DNA of 64,000 bases from a virus. The position numbers were made by a program, and so were the translations under genes. The DNA is taken from the IMG/VR virus record IMGVR_UViG_3300021959_007960, positions 64,001 through 128,000 of that record. One strand, written 5' to 3'. The notes beneath the pieces are model-generated. The model saw nothing but the letters and a program-made list of their open reading frames with translations. It was not told where the DNA came from and made no database searches. Shown here in pieces: positions 38,831 through 48,232 of the stretch. Position 1 is the stretch's first letter. Each line of letters starts with the position of its first letter.

Positions 38831-40701
38831 TATCTAGTCTCGTTTTGTAATTTAGGTAACTGTAAGAAATTTTTAATTCTATTTTTTACGCTTTCAGATA
38901 CAATTTTATCTGCCACTTCTTTGTCTAATTGAAATCTGGGGTCTTTCACCAGTACATTGACACAGTGCATCATTTGTGACATTTGATCATGTAAAATATG
39001 GTCTGGGCCAAAAGGAGTTCCTGACTTACCGTAAGTGTCAGTATATTCATTGTGATATTTTTCTGTGTCGTTTTGCGGTATACCTGTATTATAGAAGTCT
39101 AAACCGAAAATAGCAAGTTTTTTTATAGGATATCTCAAGATCATATTAATTGATCCGTAGCCTGAGTTAAAATTTTCCGAGTATTGTGTTTGTCTATTAT
39201 TATCAAAAGTTTCTACATGTTTTTTAGGATATATTTCCCAATATAAAGCCCACCTATCCCAAGTACCGTCATTATTATGCAGATGTACAAAAGGAATATC
39301 CAGTTCTTTAAATTGTTGTTCATAAACTTCATCAACACAAGCCCAGTCACCATTACTTTTAGGTTGACTACTAGTGTCGTTACAGATAATAAACTTTGGT
39401 CTTTTGTCTTTATCAATAGTTTTTAAATATTGAATCAAAGGAGGGCCATAATTAAGATTTAAACAACTCTGAATAATATCAGTTCTAGAACCATAATCGT
39501 CTGTATTAGGGATACCGTGTTGAATCCTAATAACTACATCATAACTATCAATGATCGAGCCTTTATTTTGCCCTAGAAGATAGGGTGCTGGCCCAACTAT
39601 AGCTACAGTTTTATCTTGTAAATATGATAATAGTTCTTGATTGATGTTTGAGGCTTTATAAAATAAAGAGTCTCCATTGTTTTTTTGATATAAATCAACA
39701 CATTCAGAAGTTGTTATCAGTCCATGCTCTGTTTCTTTACTTATCTTTTTAGCAATACTAATCCAAGGATTATTTGTGGTTTTAAGATCGCTAAATGTTA
39801 TTTCATTTAGTATATCTTTTATATCTCTTTTTCCTACTGGAGAGACATGATCAAATGCATCATGATTTAAATCAAAAGTATGATTGAAAATATCTTTATT
39901 AAAATAATTCACATCTCTTGCAGATTTTACAGGGGCTATGTGATTATTTGTATATTGTGATTGATATACTGATTTAACTAGAAAAGCATTATTTTTATCT
40001 TGTTCTGTAGGCGCATGACTATATACAAGGTTAGCTGGCTTGAATGCTGGCTTTAGCCAATTCCACATTGTATGCATATGTTTATCGCCCATTTGATTGT
40101 GTGGAGTATTTACGTTAACGCTACCATTTTCATAAATCATTTTATGGCTACAAACAACATGTTGCATAAATGCTATTTCTAAAATATTAAAAAAATGACA
40201 AGCCTCAACACCTCCTCCAAATTTTGTTAGCATAGGGAAAAACCAACCAAGTAATGACTTATGTACAATTTTTAAACCACAATGACTAAATGGTAAAATT
40301 GAATAATCAAAACTATTGAAATACTTTTCATTCGTGGCAAATGGAGTTTCTAAGCCCACCTTACCGGGATAATAAGTGAGAACAGCAGGGTTATATAAGT
40401 CTAAATCCTCCAGCATTTGATTTAAAACATTGTTTTCTCTTTGTGGTTTTAGAACATAGTCATAATCTATAAATGCATAATAGTCATATTCTTTAGGAAC
40501 TTTTTCTGCTAAAATATTTCTAGTATCTGTCCATGTAGTATTGGGACAAAACTGTAATGCTTCTGAATTTTCAGCATCGTGTGTTACAAAGAAGAAGTCA
40601 CAGTTATCTTTATTTTGGAAATAAGACACATGATCTGTGTTAGGTTTATGTGGTGTGACTTGTAACACACATAATCTTTTGCTCATAGTTCTTGCTCCCA
40701 T
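38830..40701 (-). CDS. Two-domain glycosyltransferase with C-terminal GT29 (sialyltransferase-like) domain
   Basis: N-terminal IDYD; VAIVGPA..L..G..IDSYDVVIR..DYGSRTD (L-sialylmotif-like), NSG, FGLDFY. Confidence 0.7.
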   Translation of the reverse strand: MGARTMSKRLCVLQVTPHKPNTDHVSYFQNKDNCDFFFVTHDAENSEALQFCPNTTWTDTRNILAEKVPKEYDYYAFIDYDYVLKPQRENNVLNQMLEDLDLYNPAVLTYYPGKVGLETPFATNEKYFNSFDYSILPFSHCGLKIVHKSLLGWFFPMLTKFGGGVEACHFFNILEIAFMQHVVCSHKMIYENGSVNVNTPHNQMGDKHMHTMWNWLKPAFKPANLVYSHAPTEQDKNNAFLVKSVYQSQYTNNHIAPVKSARDVNYFNKDIFNHTFDLNHDAFDHVSPVGKRDIKDILNEITFSDLKTTNNPWISIAKKISKETEHGLITTSECVDLYQKNNGDSLFYKASNINQELLSYLQDKTVAIVGPAPYLLGQNKGSIIDSYDVVIRIQHGIPNTDDYGSRTDIIQSCLNLNYGPPLIQYLKTIDKDKRPKFIICNDTSSQPKSNGDWACVDEVYEQQFKELDIPFVHLHNNDGTWDRWALYWEIYPKKHVETFDNNRQTQYSENFNSGYGSINMILRYPIKKLAIFGLDFYNTGIPQNDTEKYHNEYTDTYGKSGTPFGPDHILHDQMSQMMHCVNVLVKDPRFQLDKEVADKIVSESVKNRIKNFLQLPKLQNETR

Positions 40702-41654
40702 CTTTGTATCATCTCGTCTATCATACTGTCAAAAGTATATTCTGGTTGCCAACCTAAAACCTCTCTAGATTTTGTAGAATCTCCTTTAAGGTATCTCAAT
40801 TCTTCTGGCCTCATATATTTTGGATTTTGAACCACAAACTCCTTGTAGTCCATACCAAGTTTATTAAATACTACTTCGCACAACTCTCTAACAGAATGGC
40901 TTTCTCCTGTTGATATAATAAAATCATCTGGGATTTTATGGTTGATTATCATGTGCATTGCTCTGACATAATCTTTTGAATGGCCCCAATCTCTAGAAGA
41001 ATCCATATTCCCTAATTCTAGCTTGTTTTCTAATCCTTTTTTAATGGCAACTGCTGTTTTTATTACTTTATTAGTAACAAAATTAGAACCTCTTCTGGGT
41101 GATTCATGATTAAATAAAATACCATTACACGCATGTAGACCATAGGCATGTCTATAGTGTCTAATCAAATTGTATCCCAGTACTTTAGAACATCCATAAG
41201 GACTGACGGGGTTCATAGGAGTCGTGAGTCTTTGCACCCCATCATCATCTACAGAATTACCAAACATTTCAGAAGATGAGGCTTGATAAAATTTAGCATT
41301 TGGACATAGAGCTTTGTATATTTCCAACATATTCAAAACGCCCAAAGCATTGGTCTGAATAGTATAGGAAGGCATGTCAAAACTAATCCTAACGTGACTC
41401 ATGGCTCCTAAGTTATATATCTCATCTGGTGAAACTTCAGAAACAATTCTGACCAGAGAAGGATAGTCAGTTAAATCTCCGTAGTGAGTATGACTATTAG
41501 AATTAATATTATGTTTAGCTAATCTATAATTTTGATTTTCTGCTACAGAGTGCCTTCTTACGATACCATGAACTTCATATCCTAATGATAAAAGGTATTC
41601 TGTAAGATAGCTTCCGTCTTGTCCGTTGATACCAGTTATTAGTGCTTTTTTCAC
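40683..41654 (-). CDS. gmd: GDP-mannose 4,6-dehydratase
   Basis: ALITGINGQDGSYL, YQASSSE, SPYGCSK, LFNHESPRRG, RDWGH. Confidence 0.96.
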   Translation of the reverse strand: MKKALITGINGQDGSYLTEYLLSLGYEVHGIVRRHSVAENQNYRLAKHNINSNSHTHYGDLTDYPSLVRIVSEVSPDEIYNLGAMSHVRISFDMPSYTIQTNALGVLNMLEIYKALCPNAKFYQASSSEMFGNSVDDDGVQRLTTPMNPVSPYGCSKVLGYNLIRHYRHAYGLHACNGILFNHESPRRGSNFVTNKVIKTAVAIKKGLENKLELGNMDSSRDWGHSKDYVRAMHMIINHKIPDDFIISTGESHSVRELCEVVFNKLGMDYKEFVVQNPKYMRPEELRYLKGDSTKSREVLGWQPEYTFDSMIDEMIQRWEQEL

Positions 41655-42250
41655 TTAAAAATCTCCATTTGTGTTAAATCAGGCCAATCTAAGACTTGCC
41701 ATTTTCTAGGTTTTCTTTTGATGGCTTCAGGTAATTTTTGTATGCCCATGTTTGCTGTTTCTGGAGTCATATAATAATGATAACCCATAGTATTAATATT
41801 TTGCTCTCTCCAAGGAGTATTCGGTAGTCTTCCATCGTATGACATTTTTTTGAGAGTCTCATAACTGTCCTGACTATCTGTTAATATCATACCTCCTCTG
41901 CCTAAACTCAAATGTTTTTGAAACTGAAAACTTAAACACATAAAAGTATTCTTTATATAACTATTAGCTTTCCAGTTTACTGCTGCATCTATAATATTTG
42001 TATTCCCTAAAAAATAATAGTATTGCCAATTTAAATCCTGCCAAGAAAAAGTTATTTGTAATTTATTAGCCAGCATAGGTATCGAAATGTACGTCCTCTT
42101 TGGGACGGAGTAATGCAAAGTATTTGTATGTCTGAGACATAATTCTATACCATGAGTACAACAATCTACAGCAACAGCATATGGAGACCCATAAAAATCT
42201 GCAATTTTTTCTTCAAAGATTTGTACAGAGTTAAAACTCACTTTATACAC
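41651..42250 (-). CDS. Short DegT/DnrJ PLP aminotransferase
   Basis: FEEKIA, AVDCCT, IIDAA, SFQFQKHL..GRGGMI. Confidence 0.82.
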   Translation of the reverse strand: MYKVSFNSVQIFEEKIADFYGSPYAVAVDCCTHGIELCLRHTNTLHYSVPKRTYISIPMLANKLQITFSWQDLNWQYYYFLGNTNIIDAAVNWKANSYIKNTFMCLSFQFQKHLSLGRGGMILTDSQDSYETLKKMSYDGRLPNTPWREQNINTMGYHYYMTPETANMGIQKLPEAIKRKPRKWQVLDWPDLTQMEIFK

Positions 42251-42780
42251 TCCAAGTTTAGGCTAAGTAGTTTTCCATTCTCTTTATCCATGTGGGGTAA
42301 ATATGCTTGAGAATGATCATCAAAATTTGCATGGTCTGTTCTTCTCCAATCGTAAAGATGTATATTTTTAAAATTTAAATCATACAACAAGGACGATAAT
42401 GAGTGTAAGTCGTAAACTGTTTTATGGTATATTGTTTCTTTACCCATAGTCATTTTGCCATATAAAGGCCCAAGAAATTTATGTAAATCGTATGTTTTAT
42501 TTAAATATAAGTGAGCAATCTGTCTAAAATCAGGAACAGAAAGCCTTAAAACTCCACTTGTAACCAAAACTCTTTGCCACTCTAGTAAAACATTCTTTAC
42601 CTCTTCTCTATCAAAATACTCAATTACATGAGAAGCATAAATTAAATCGACTGAATTATCTTTAAATTGTTCTAGGTTTGTTATAGAACTATAATCTAAA
42701 TGTTCATAATCACCAGAATCAATATGAATCCAATCTGTCCCAAAATTTCTCCAGCCACATCCCATATTTATTTTAATCAT
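42238..42780 (-). CDS. Class I SAM methyltransferase (type 11)
   Basis: NMGCG, HVIEY, RVL..GVL..SVPD. Confidence 0.85.
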   Translation of the reverse strand: MIKINMGCGWRNFGTDWIHIDSGDYEHLDYSSITNLEQFKDNSVDLIYASHVIEYFDREEVKNVLLEWQRVLVTSGVLRLSVPDFRQIAHLYLNKTYDLHKFLGPLYGKMTMGKETIYHKTVYDLHSLSSLLYDLNFKNIHLYDWRRTDHANFDDHSQAYLPHMDKENGKLLSLNLECIK

Positions 42781-43189
42781 CTATAAACCTTTTATCTAAT
42801 GCTTGTCCTTCGTATGGGCCTGTCTTATATTCATATATAATAGTATCATCTTCTAGTATTTCATAATTATGTCCACCTTCTAGAGTAAAACTAGCATCAC
42901 CTTTTTCTAATATGTGTTCTGCTATAATAGTATTATCAATATCATAAAAGATACCTTTAACTTTACCCTGAATGATAACCCAAGATTCTTGTGCTATTTG
43001 TTTGTTATAATGTCTTTCTTTTTTTATATGATAATGTGGAGCAAAAGTTTTGCCTTTACTATGTTTAAAGTATGAACATTGTAAAAAATTATTTTCAGGA
43101 ATTATATCGACTCTTTTTTGAGTCGCCTCAGAATTATTTATTATATGAAGCAGAAGGTTTGGATTAATCTTAGAATATATTTTTATCAT
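42773..43189 (-). CDS. WbuC-like cupin
   Basis: PHYH...QE, GGH, YEYKTGPY. Confidence 0.75.
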   Translation of the reverse strand: MIKIYSKINPNLLLHIINNSEATQKRVDIIPENNFLQCSYFKHSKGKTFAPHYHIKKERHYNKQIAQESWVIIQGKVKGIFYDIDNTIIAEHILEKGDASFTLEGGHNYEILEDDTIIYEYKTGPYEGQALDKRFIDD

Positions 43190-43872
43190 TTGACAGCCTC
43201 TTCTAGACTTTGCTTTTTAAAACATTCCAGTGTAGATATGGGGCTACAATTAATAACTTCAATATTATTTTCCTTGGCTAAATGAGAAAAATGATTCCAA
43301 GTGGGTTTATGAAATGTTTGTCCTCTAGGCACATTGTATTTATCTCCTTTTTGTTGATAATCGTCAAACCAATAATTGGGATTTTTATCAGGAGTTCTTG
43401 TCATTTGTAGTCCTCCACCATGAGGTGCAGAACCATCTACATATTCAACATAATTACAATCTACTCCAATCAATATAATCTTTTTGTATCCTAAACACAT
43501 ACCTACAGAACAAGCGTTAGCACCACTATTTCCGTTATCTGTAAAACATTTGAAATCTTCTACAGACTTATTTACTTTATTAGTTGATCCATATGTTTGT
43601 AAATTTATGTGTGTAAAATTTTCTGCATTGGCAATAGGATGTATATAAAAATGTCTCTTTACTTTACCGCTATTTATTAGATTTACAAAATTATTTTCAT
43701 GACAGTCTGTAACCAAATGATCAAAACACCCATGATATGTAGGATACCAATTTAGTTTTTCATAGGCTCTGTAAGCTGAATTTAAACCAAACGTATCACA
43801 TTCTTTCAACAAATCCCAATCTATATCTTTTAAAGATGGGCCATTACCCATAACAACTAATGTGTTGTTCAT
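43186..43872 (-). CDS. DUF115/Maf-like glycosyltransferase
   Basis: VMGNGPSL, LGYKKIILIGVDC, INCS. Confidence 0.75.
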   Translation of the reverse strand: MNNTLVVMGNGPSLKDIDWDLLKECDTFGLNSAYRAYEKLNWYPTYHGCFDHLVTDCHENNFVNLINSGKVKRHFYIHPIANAENFTHINLQTYGSTNKVNKSVEDFKCFTDNGNSGANACSVGMCLGYKKIILIGVDCNYVEYVDGSAPHGGGLQMTRTPDKNPNYWFDDYQQKGDKYNVPRGQTFHKPTWNHFSHLAKENNIEVINCSPISTLECFKKQSLEEAVK

Positions 43873-44720
43873 ATTGTCTCCCAGAAAAATTTAGTTCTAC
43901 TTTTTAAATAATTAATAATTTCATTTTTACCTTTACTAAACCATTCTTCATCCTTATGTTGTACGTTATCGTTTAAAATTAATTCACAGCCTAACAATTT
44001 AGCCTCAATAGTTACTCTGGGGCATGTATCGAATTGTGTAGGTGTAAAAATTAATCCTTTAGATTCAGAGAATTTTTTTAGCATTTCATCGTGAGTTAGA
44101 TTGGCAAACAATTCAAATTCTAAACCTTCTGTATTTGCCAATTCTATTGCCTGTGGGGTTCCTTTGAGTATGTGTGAATGATTTTGTATTAAATACTTAT
44201 TATTTTTCTTAGAACAATCCAGAGTATTTATTTTATTGAATATCTCATCTCCTAGTGTGGAACTTAACACAAAACTGTTTTTAATTTGTTTTAAAACAGG
44301 AAAAGCATTTTCTATCCATTGTTTTTGTTGTTCAGACATCCACCATACACTTTTTGCTAGTGAAAAAAACAAAGATATTAGTTGTCCTCTTGTTGTCTTT
44401 TCGCAGCACTGACCGTATTGTTTTTTATGTAGCTTAGGTATTCTGACTATACAGTATTTATAATCGTACTCTATAACAGAATATTCTATTCTTTGAGCCA
44501 AAAAATATATCATAGTGTCTGGATTAAGATTGAAAAAATTACCAAATATCCACTTATGAGTTTTATGCTGATCAATAAATTCTATAGTTAATTCTGTACT
44601 TTTAATTTTTGTTACATTTGTATTATGTGGAGCCTCATTTATAATTGCTTCTGTAGTTAATTCTGCTCCCCCAAGCCAATCCTGAACAAAAGCATCTGAA
44701 ACAAAAACTATATTAGTCAT
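43869..44720 (-). CDS. GT-B glycosyltransferase
   Basis: GGAE, LKGT, DTCPRVTIEAKLLGC. Confidence 0.75.
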   Translation of the reverse strand: MTNIVFVSDAFVQDWLGGAELTTEAIINEAPHNTNVTKIKSTELTIEFIDQHKTHKWIFGNFFNLNPDTMIYFLAQRIEYSVIEYDYKYCIVRIPKLHKKQYGQCCEKTTRGQLISLFFSLAKSVWWMSEQQKQWIENAFPVLKQIKNSFVLSSTLGDEIFNKINTLDCSKKNNKYLIQNHSHILKGTPQAIELANTEGLEFELFANLTHDEMLKKFSESKGLIFTPTQFDTCPRVTIEAKLLGCELILNDNVQHKDEEWFSKGKNEIINYLKSRTKFFWETI

Positions 44721-45258
44721 TTAAAAAATACCATCTATTTAAGGAGTCTATGTTAGCGCTAGTGTTAATATGATATAAGTATGATATGATACCGTCCCAT
44801 GTATCAAAAAATAATTCGTGTGGAATAGTACCAAAAAGCCAATCTGGACAATTATGTTTACCTTGTTGTATATGAACTATAATAGGTTTCTTTTGTCTAT
44901 TGGCAAGAAAAATTTCTTCCAAAGTTCCACAGGGATGAGTATCTGTATCTAGATGTACAATTAAGAAATCACTTATATCAACGAGCCTTAAATCAACTGC
45001 TCTAATGGTTTTCATTATTTCAGTTAGCTGGTCGTATTTTTTAGCGAGTTTTAAGGTTTGCTTGACTTTATGTGTTTCTTCATTTTCTAAACCTATAGCC
45101 CCTGGTTTTTTAATGGGATCAAACACATTAATCTCTAATGTTTTTAAAACAGGAGTAATATGTTCTCTCCATCCCATTCCTCTATCTGGGACTCTATCCA
45201 TAGCGCCAGCTAAATATACACGCTGTCCTTTAAGTCTATTAGTCACGGGTATAACCAC
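44713..45258 (-). CDS. Nucleoside 2-deoxyribosyltransferase-like protein
   Basis: VYLAGAM, WRE, FDP, DL..V..SD, GTLEE. Confidence 0.78.
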   Translation of the reverse strand: MVIPVTNRLKGQRVYLAGAMDRVPDRGMGWREHITPVLKTLEINVFDPIKKPGAIGLENEETHKVKQTLKLAKKYDQLTEIMKTIRAVDLRLVDISDFLIVHLDTDTHPCGTLEEIFLANRQKKPIIVHIQQGKHNCPDWLFGTIPHELFFDTWDGIISYLYHINTSANIDSLNRWYFLND

Positions 45259-45305
45259 CGATAAAGCTAACTACCATAATAAATAGTAAAAAAATATAAT
45301 AATCA

Positions 45306-45848
45306 CTACGCATAAATAGTCACCTCCATACCTTGCCAACAATCTTTGATCAAATCAGATATTGTAGACCACTTACCTCCAAACAGACTATCGACACCTA
45401 TATCTTGTTTACTGCAATGAATTTGAACATCTTTATCAACTTTTTTCTTTAAGTTTATAGAGATATTTCTAATATCTAACATACATTTAACTAGATGGGC
45501 ATAGTTTATATGTCTTCTATGTCTTTGGTGTTTAGCTGTAAACATTTTACAGAAATAAATATTATTATTTTTAAAACTACCAGCTTTAATCAAACTACTT
45601 TGACCTAGTTTTTTCTTACCTTCATATTCTAATGCTCTTAACGAAGGAAATATTTCACTAGCATCTCTTAACAATCCTACTGTTTTAATTTTAGAAACAT
45701 TACAACATACTGGCACAATAATATCACACTCTTTAGTGATGTCAGCAGCTATATTTCTAATATTATTTAATATATATTCTTCAGAAACAGAATACGGCAG
45801 TAAAGACTGCATTACCATTTTTTTATTGGACATTTTTGATCCTTCCAA
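45306..45848 (-). CDS. Divergent Macro domain (Poa1p/TARG1-like)
   Basis: IIVPVCCN, KLG, INYAHLVKCM, IHC..IG...GGKW..I..LI. Confidence 0.55.
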   Translation of the reverse strand: MEGSKMSNKKMVMQSLLPYSVSEEYILNNIRNIAADITKECDIIVPVCCNVSKIKTVGLLRDASEIFPSLRALEYEGKKKLGQSSLIKAGSFKNNNIYFCKMFTAKHQRHRRHINYAHLVKCMLDIRNISINLKKKVDKDVQIHCSKQDIGVDSLFGGKWSTISDLIKDCWQGMEVTIYA

Positions 45849-46084
45849 GCTAATTTATTCATAAAAATTTTCTTATCTGACAATCCACAACCACAGCGAT
45901 CACAAGTCGCTTTTATTTCGGGCCTGTCTTTAGTATCAGAGACAAAACTGAAATATTGACATCCTGTACATATACTGTATCTATGATTAATGAGTTTTTG
46001 AGAACTCTTTTTCATTCCTGTTTTGATATGATGGTATAATGCTCTAATGAAATTTTTGATTTTTTGAGTAGTAGATATACTCAT
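45812..46084 (-). CDS. Cys-rich small protein
   Basis: RYSICTGC...CDRCGC...KCPIKKW. Confidence 0.7.
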   Translation of the reverse strand: MSISTTQKIKNFIRALYHHIKTGMKKSSQKLINHRYSICTGCQYFSFVSDTKDRPEIKATCDRCGCGLSDKKIFMNKLAWKDQKCPIKKW

Positions 46085-46211
46085 TGTCTAATTCCTCTTC
46101 CTGAATATGTCTTTTCCTTTGTTTAAAATTTTGATTCTTTTTCTTTTCAGTATCAAAATCAATATTATATTGTTGCTTTTTTTTCTTTTTATTTTTTAAG
46201 TGATTACCCAT
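46044..46211 (-). CDS. Small basic hypothetical protein (55 aa)
   Basis: MGNHLKNKKKKK... hand-read ORF filling the gap, GAGG SD. Confidence 0.45.
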   Translation of the reverse strand: MGNHLKNKKKKKQQYNIDFDTEKKKNQNFKQRKRHIQEEELDNEYIYYSKNQKFH

Positions 46212-46257
46212 TGAATTTTAAACCTCTACTATGATTATAACACAATTAGGAAGCGTG

Positions 46258-47154
46258 TCAAGAAAGTATGGGTGTAATAATACCTCTAGACTGATATGTT
46301 TTAAAAATATGTTCTGGTTTTAAACTATATTTGGAAAAATGCTCAATATAATCATATTTAGTTAATTTTCTTTTCTTATAAGCTAGTAACAATGCAGCAC
46401 ACCCTGCCGCAAATGGATTCGCCATGCTAGTTCCTGTCATATTTGCATAGCTATTATCGGGAACACAACTAATAACATCTTCTCCCGGTGCTAAAAAGTC
46501 TAGTTCACTTCCATTACTGCAACTAAATCTAGAAATTTTAAAGTTATTACTAATAGAACCAATAGAAATAGTATCTGTATATTTTGCTGGATAAGACAGT
46601 TCTTTACTTTGTCCACTATTACCGGCAGCACAAAACAAAGCACAACCTTTATCTACTGCATAATTTATACATTGTCTTAATACAAGAGAACCAACAGGGG
46701 TTCCCAGAGACATCGTTATAATATCAGCACCATTGTCAGCAGCATACAAAATTGCTTCTCCAATATCTTTTATATTTCCTGATCCATTATCCCCCAAACT
46801 TTTTAAAGGCATAATTTTACATTTAGGAGCCACTCCTACTATTCCCTTTTTATTATTACGAGCAGCAATCGTACCCGCAACATGAGAACCATGACCATTA
46901 CGATCTACAGGGGCTTTGTTTCTTTCGCAAAAATTATAACCATCTACCAAACTTTCTTGCAAATCTGGATGATCCAAATCACAACCAGTATCTATAACAG
47001 CAACTACGACTCCTTCTCCCTGTGACTTTGACCATTCTTCCTGAACATTAAATTTAGATATAGACCAAGGAATTACTTGTTGATTATTATAATTTAAACC
47101 ATAGATATTTTGACGAATAAATGGTAGTAGTTTACATTTCTGTCTTGACAACAT
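46258..47154 (-). CDS. Subtilisin-family (S8) serine protease
   Basis: VIDTG, HGSHVAG, AAGN, GTSMA. Confidence 0.95.
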   Translation of the reverse strand: MLSRQKCKLLPFIRQNIYGLNYNNQQVIPWSISKFNVQEEWSKSQGEGVVVAVIDTGCDLDHPDLQESLVDGYNFCERNKAPVDRNGHGSHVAGTIAARNNKKGIVGVAPKCKIMPLKSLGDNGSGNIKDIGEAILYAADNGADIITMSLGTPVGSLVLRQCINYAVDKGCALFCAAGNSGQSKELSYPAKYTDTISIGSISNNFKISRFSCSNGSELDFLAPGEDVISCVPDNSYANMTGTSMANPFAAGCAALLLAYKKRKLTKYDYIEHFSKYSLKPEHIFKTYQSRGIITPILS

Positions 47155-47899
47155 GCTTTTGTATCCATTCTAAATAAGGGTATATTTCTGTAAAAGAACC
47201 TTTATCTCCATAACTAGAATCTGCTTTGCCATCCATGCCTATAATGCAAGAGGTTATACCAGCTAAAGCACCTTTAACAAATAAACCACCACCACTGTCT
47301 CCAGTGTTAGGTAGCCACTCTAGGCTGGTTTTTGTGTGGTCTTTAGACCCTGTGACTAGTACACAATCGTTACGTCTATCTGAAATAATATTAGAACCAC
47401 CTCTTATTTTATCATCTAATATTTTATCTTTACTTTGAATACCAGTTAACATACTTCCAAAAAAACCAAACCCAGCCATTGAACAGGTATCTCCTATTTT
47501 TATTTTTTGTTTGTATAATTTAGGTTCTGTAATATCATCTCCAAATCCTTGCTTGCAAAAACCTAAAGCAATATCGCATTTATGTTCTTTCATATCAAAA
47601 TCTTTGTGAATGATAAATTTATCAATAAAATAAGCATTACCATTATGTAGAACCTTAATGCTATCAACCTGTCTGCCTTCTGGTATGTGTCCGGCAGTTA
47701 TTATCCAATGTTTATTTAGAATAACGCAAGAAGCAAAACCATATACTGTACCATCTTTTTCTTTAGTTGTGGTAACTAATTGCTTAACGCAATAAAATTT
47801 TTTACCAAAGTCTAAATATTTTGATTCAGAAACATCATGTCTCATACTACCTGCTAATGCAGATGAAGTTAAACATAATATTAAAAGTAAGGTTTTCAT
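47132..47899 (-). CDS. Secreted trypsin-like (S1) serine protease
   Basis: Signal peptide; ITAGH, DIAL, GDSGGG. Confidence 0.9.
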   Translation of the reverse strand: MKTLLLILCLTSSALAGSMRHDVSESKYLDFGKKFYCVKQLVTTTKEKDGTVYGFASCVILNKHWIITAGHIPEGRQVDSIKVLHNGNAYFIDKFIIHKDFDMKEHKCDIALGFCKQGFGDDITEPKLYKQKIKIGDTCSMAGFGFFGSMLTGIQSKDKILDDKIRGGSNIISDRRNDCVLVTGSKDHTKTSLEWLPNTGDSGGGLFVKGALAGITSCIIGMDGKADSSYGDKGSFTEIYPYLEWIQKHVVKTEM

Positions 47900-48210
47900 G
47901 GTCTTGCCTTTAATTTCTTATAATAAATATCGCAATCCTGAACAACATCAACATTCCAGCTTTTCCAATATTTTAAATGTCCAAACATTATATGACAAGG
48001 ATCAGCACATAATGTAATTAAATTGTCAGGCTGTAATTCTAGTTCTGGATATTTATGAACTGGTAGTATGTGGTGGACTTCCAATTTGTCTGTTTTCCCA
48101 CATGCTACACAGCAAGGTTGTTTTTTAAGGTGTTCTTTTCTAACTTTTGACCAACTAGAAGAACGCCTAGCGCATCTAACAGGAATAAAATTAAAAATAG
48201 AAAATGTCAT
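47896..48210 (-). CDS. HNH endonuclease
   Basis: CVAC..LEVHH...NLITLC..CH. Confidence 0.9.
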   Translation of the reverse strand: MTFSIFNFIPVRCARRSSSWSKVRKEHLKKQPCCVACGKTDKLEVHHILPVHKYPELELQPDNLITLCADPCHIMFGHLKYWKSWNVDVVQDCDIYYKKLKARP

Positions 48211-48232
48211 AATAATATTAATACACCGAAAA

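Noticed and set aside
47896-48210. HNH as an intron-encoded homing endonuclease
   Set aside because: Free-standing between intact genes; no interrupted host gene or intron structure evident
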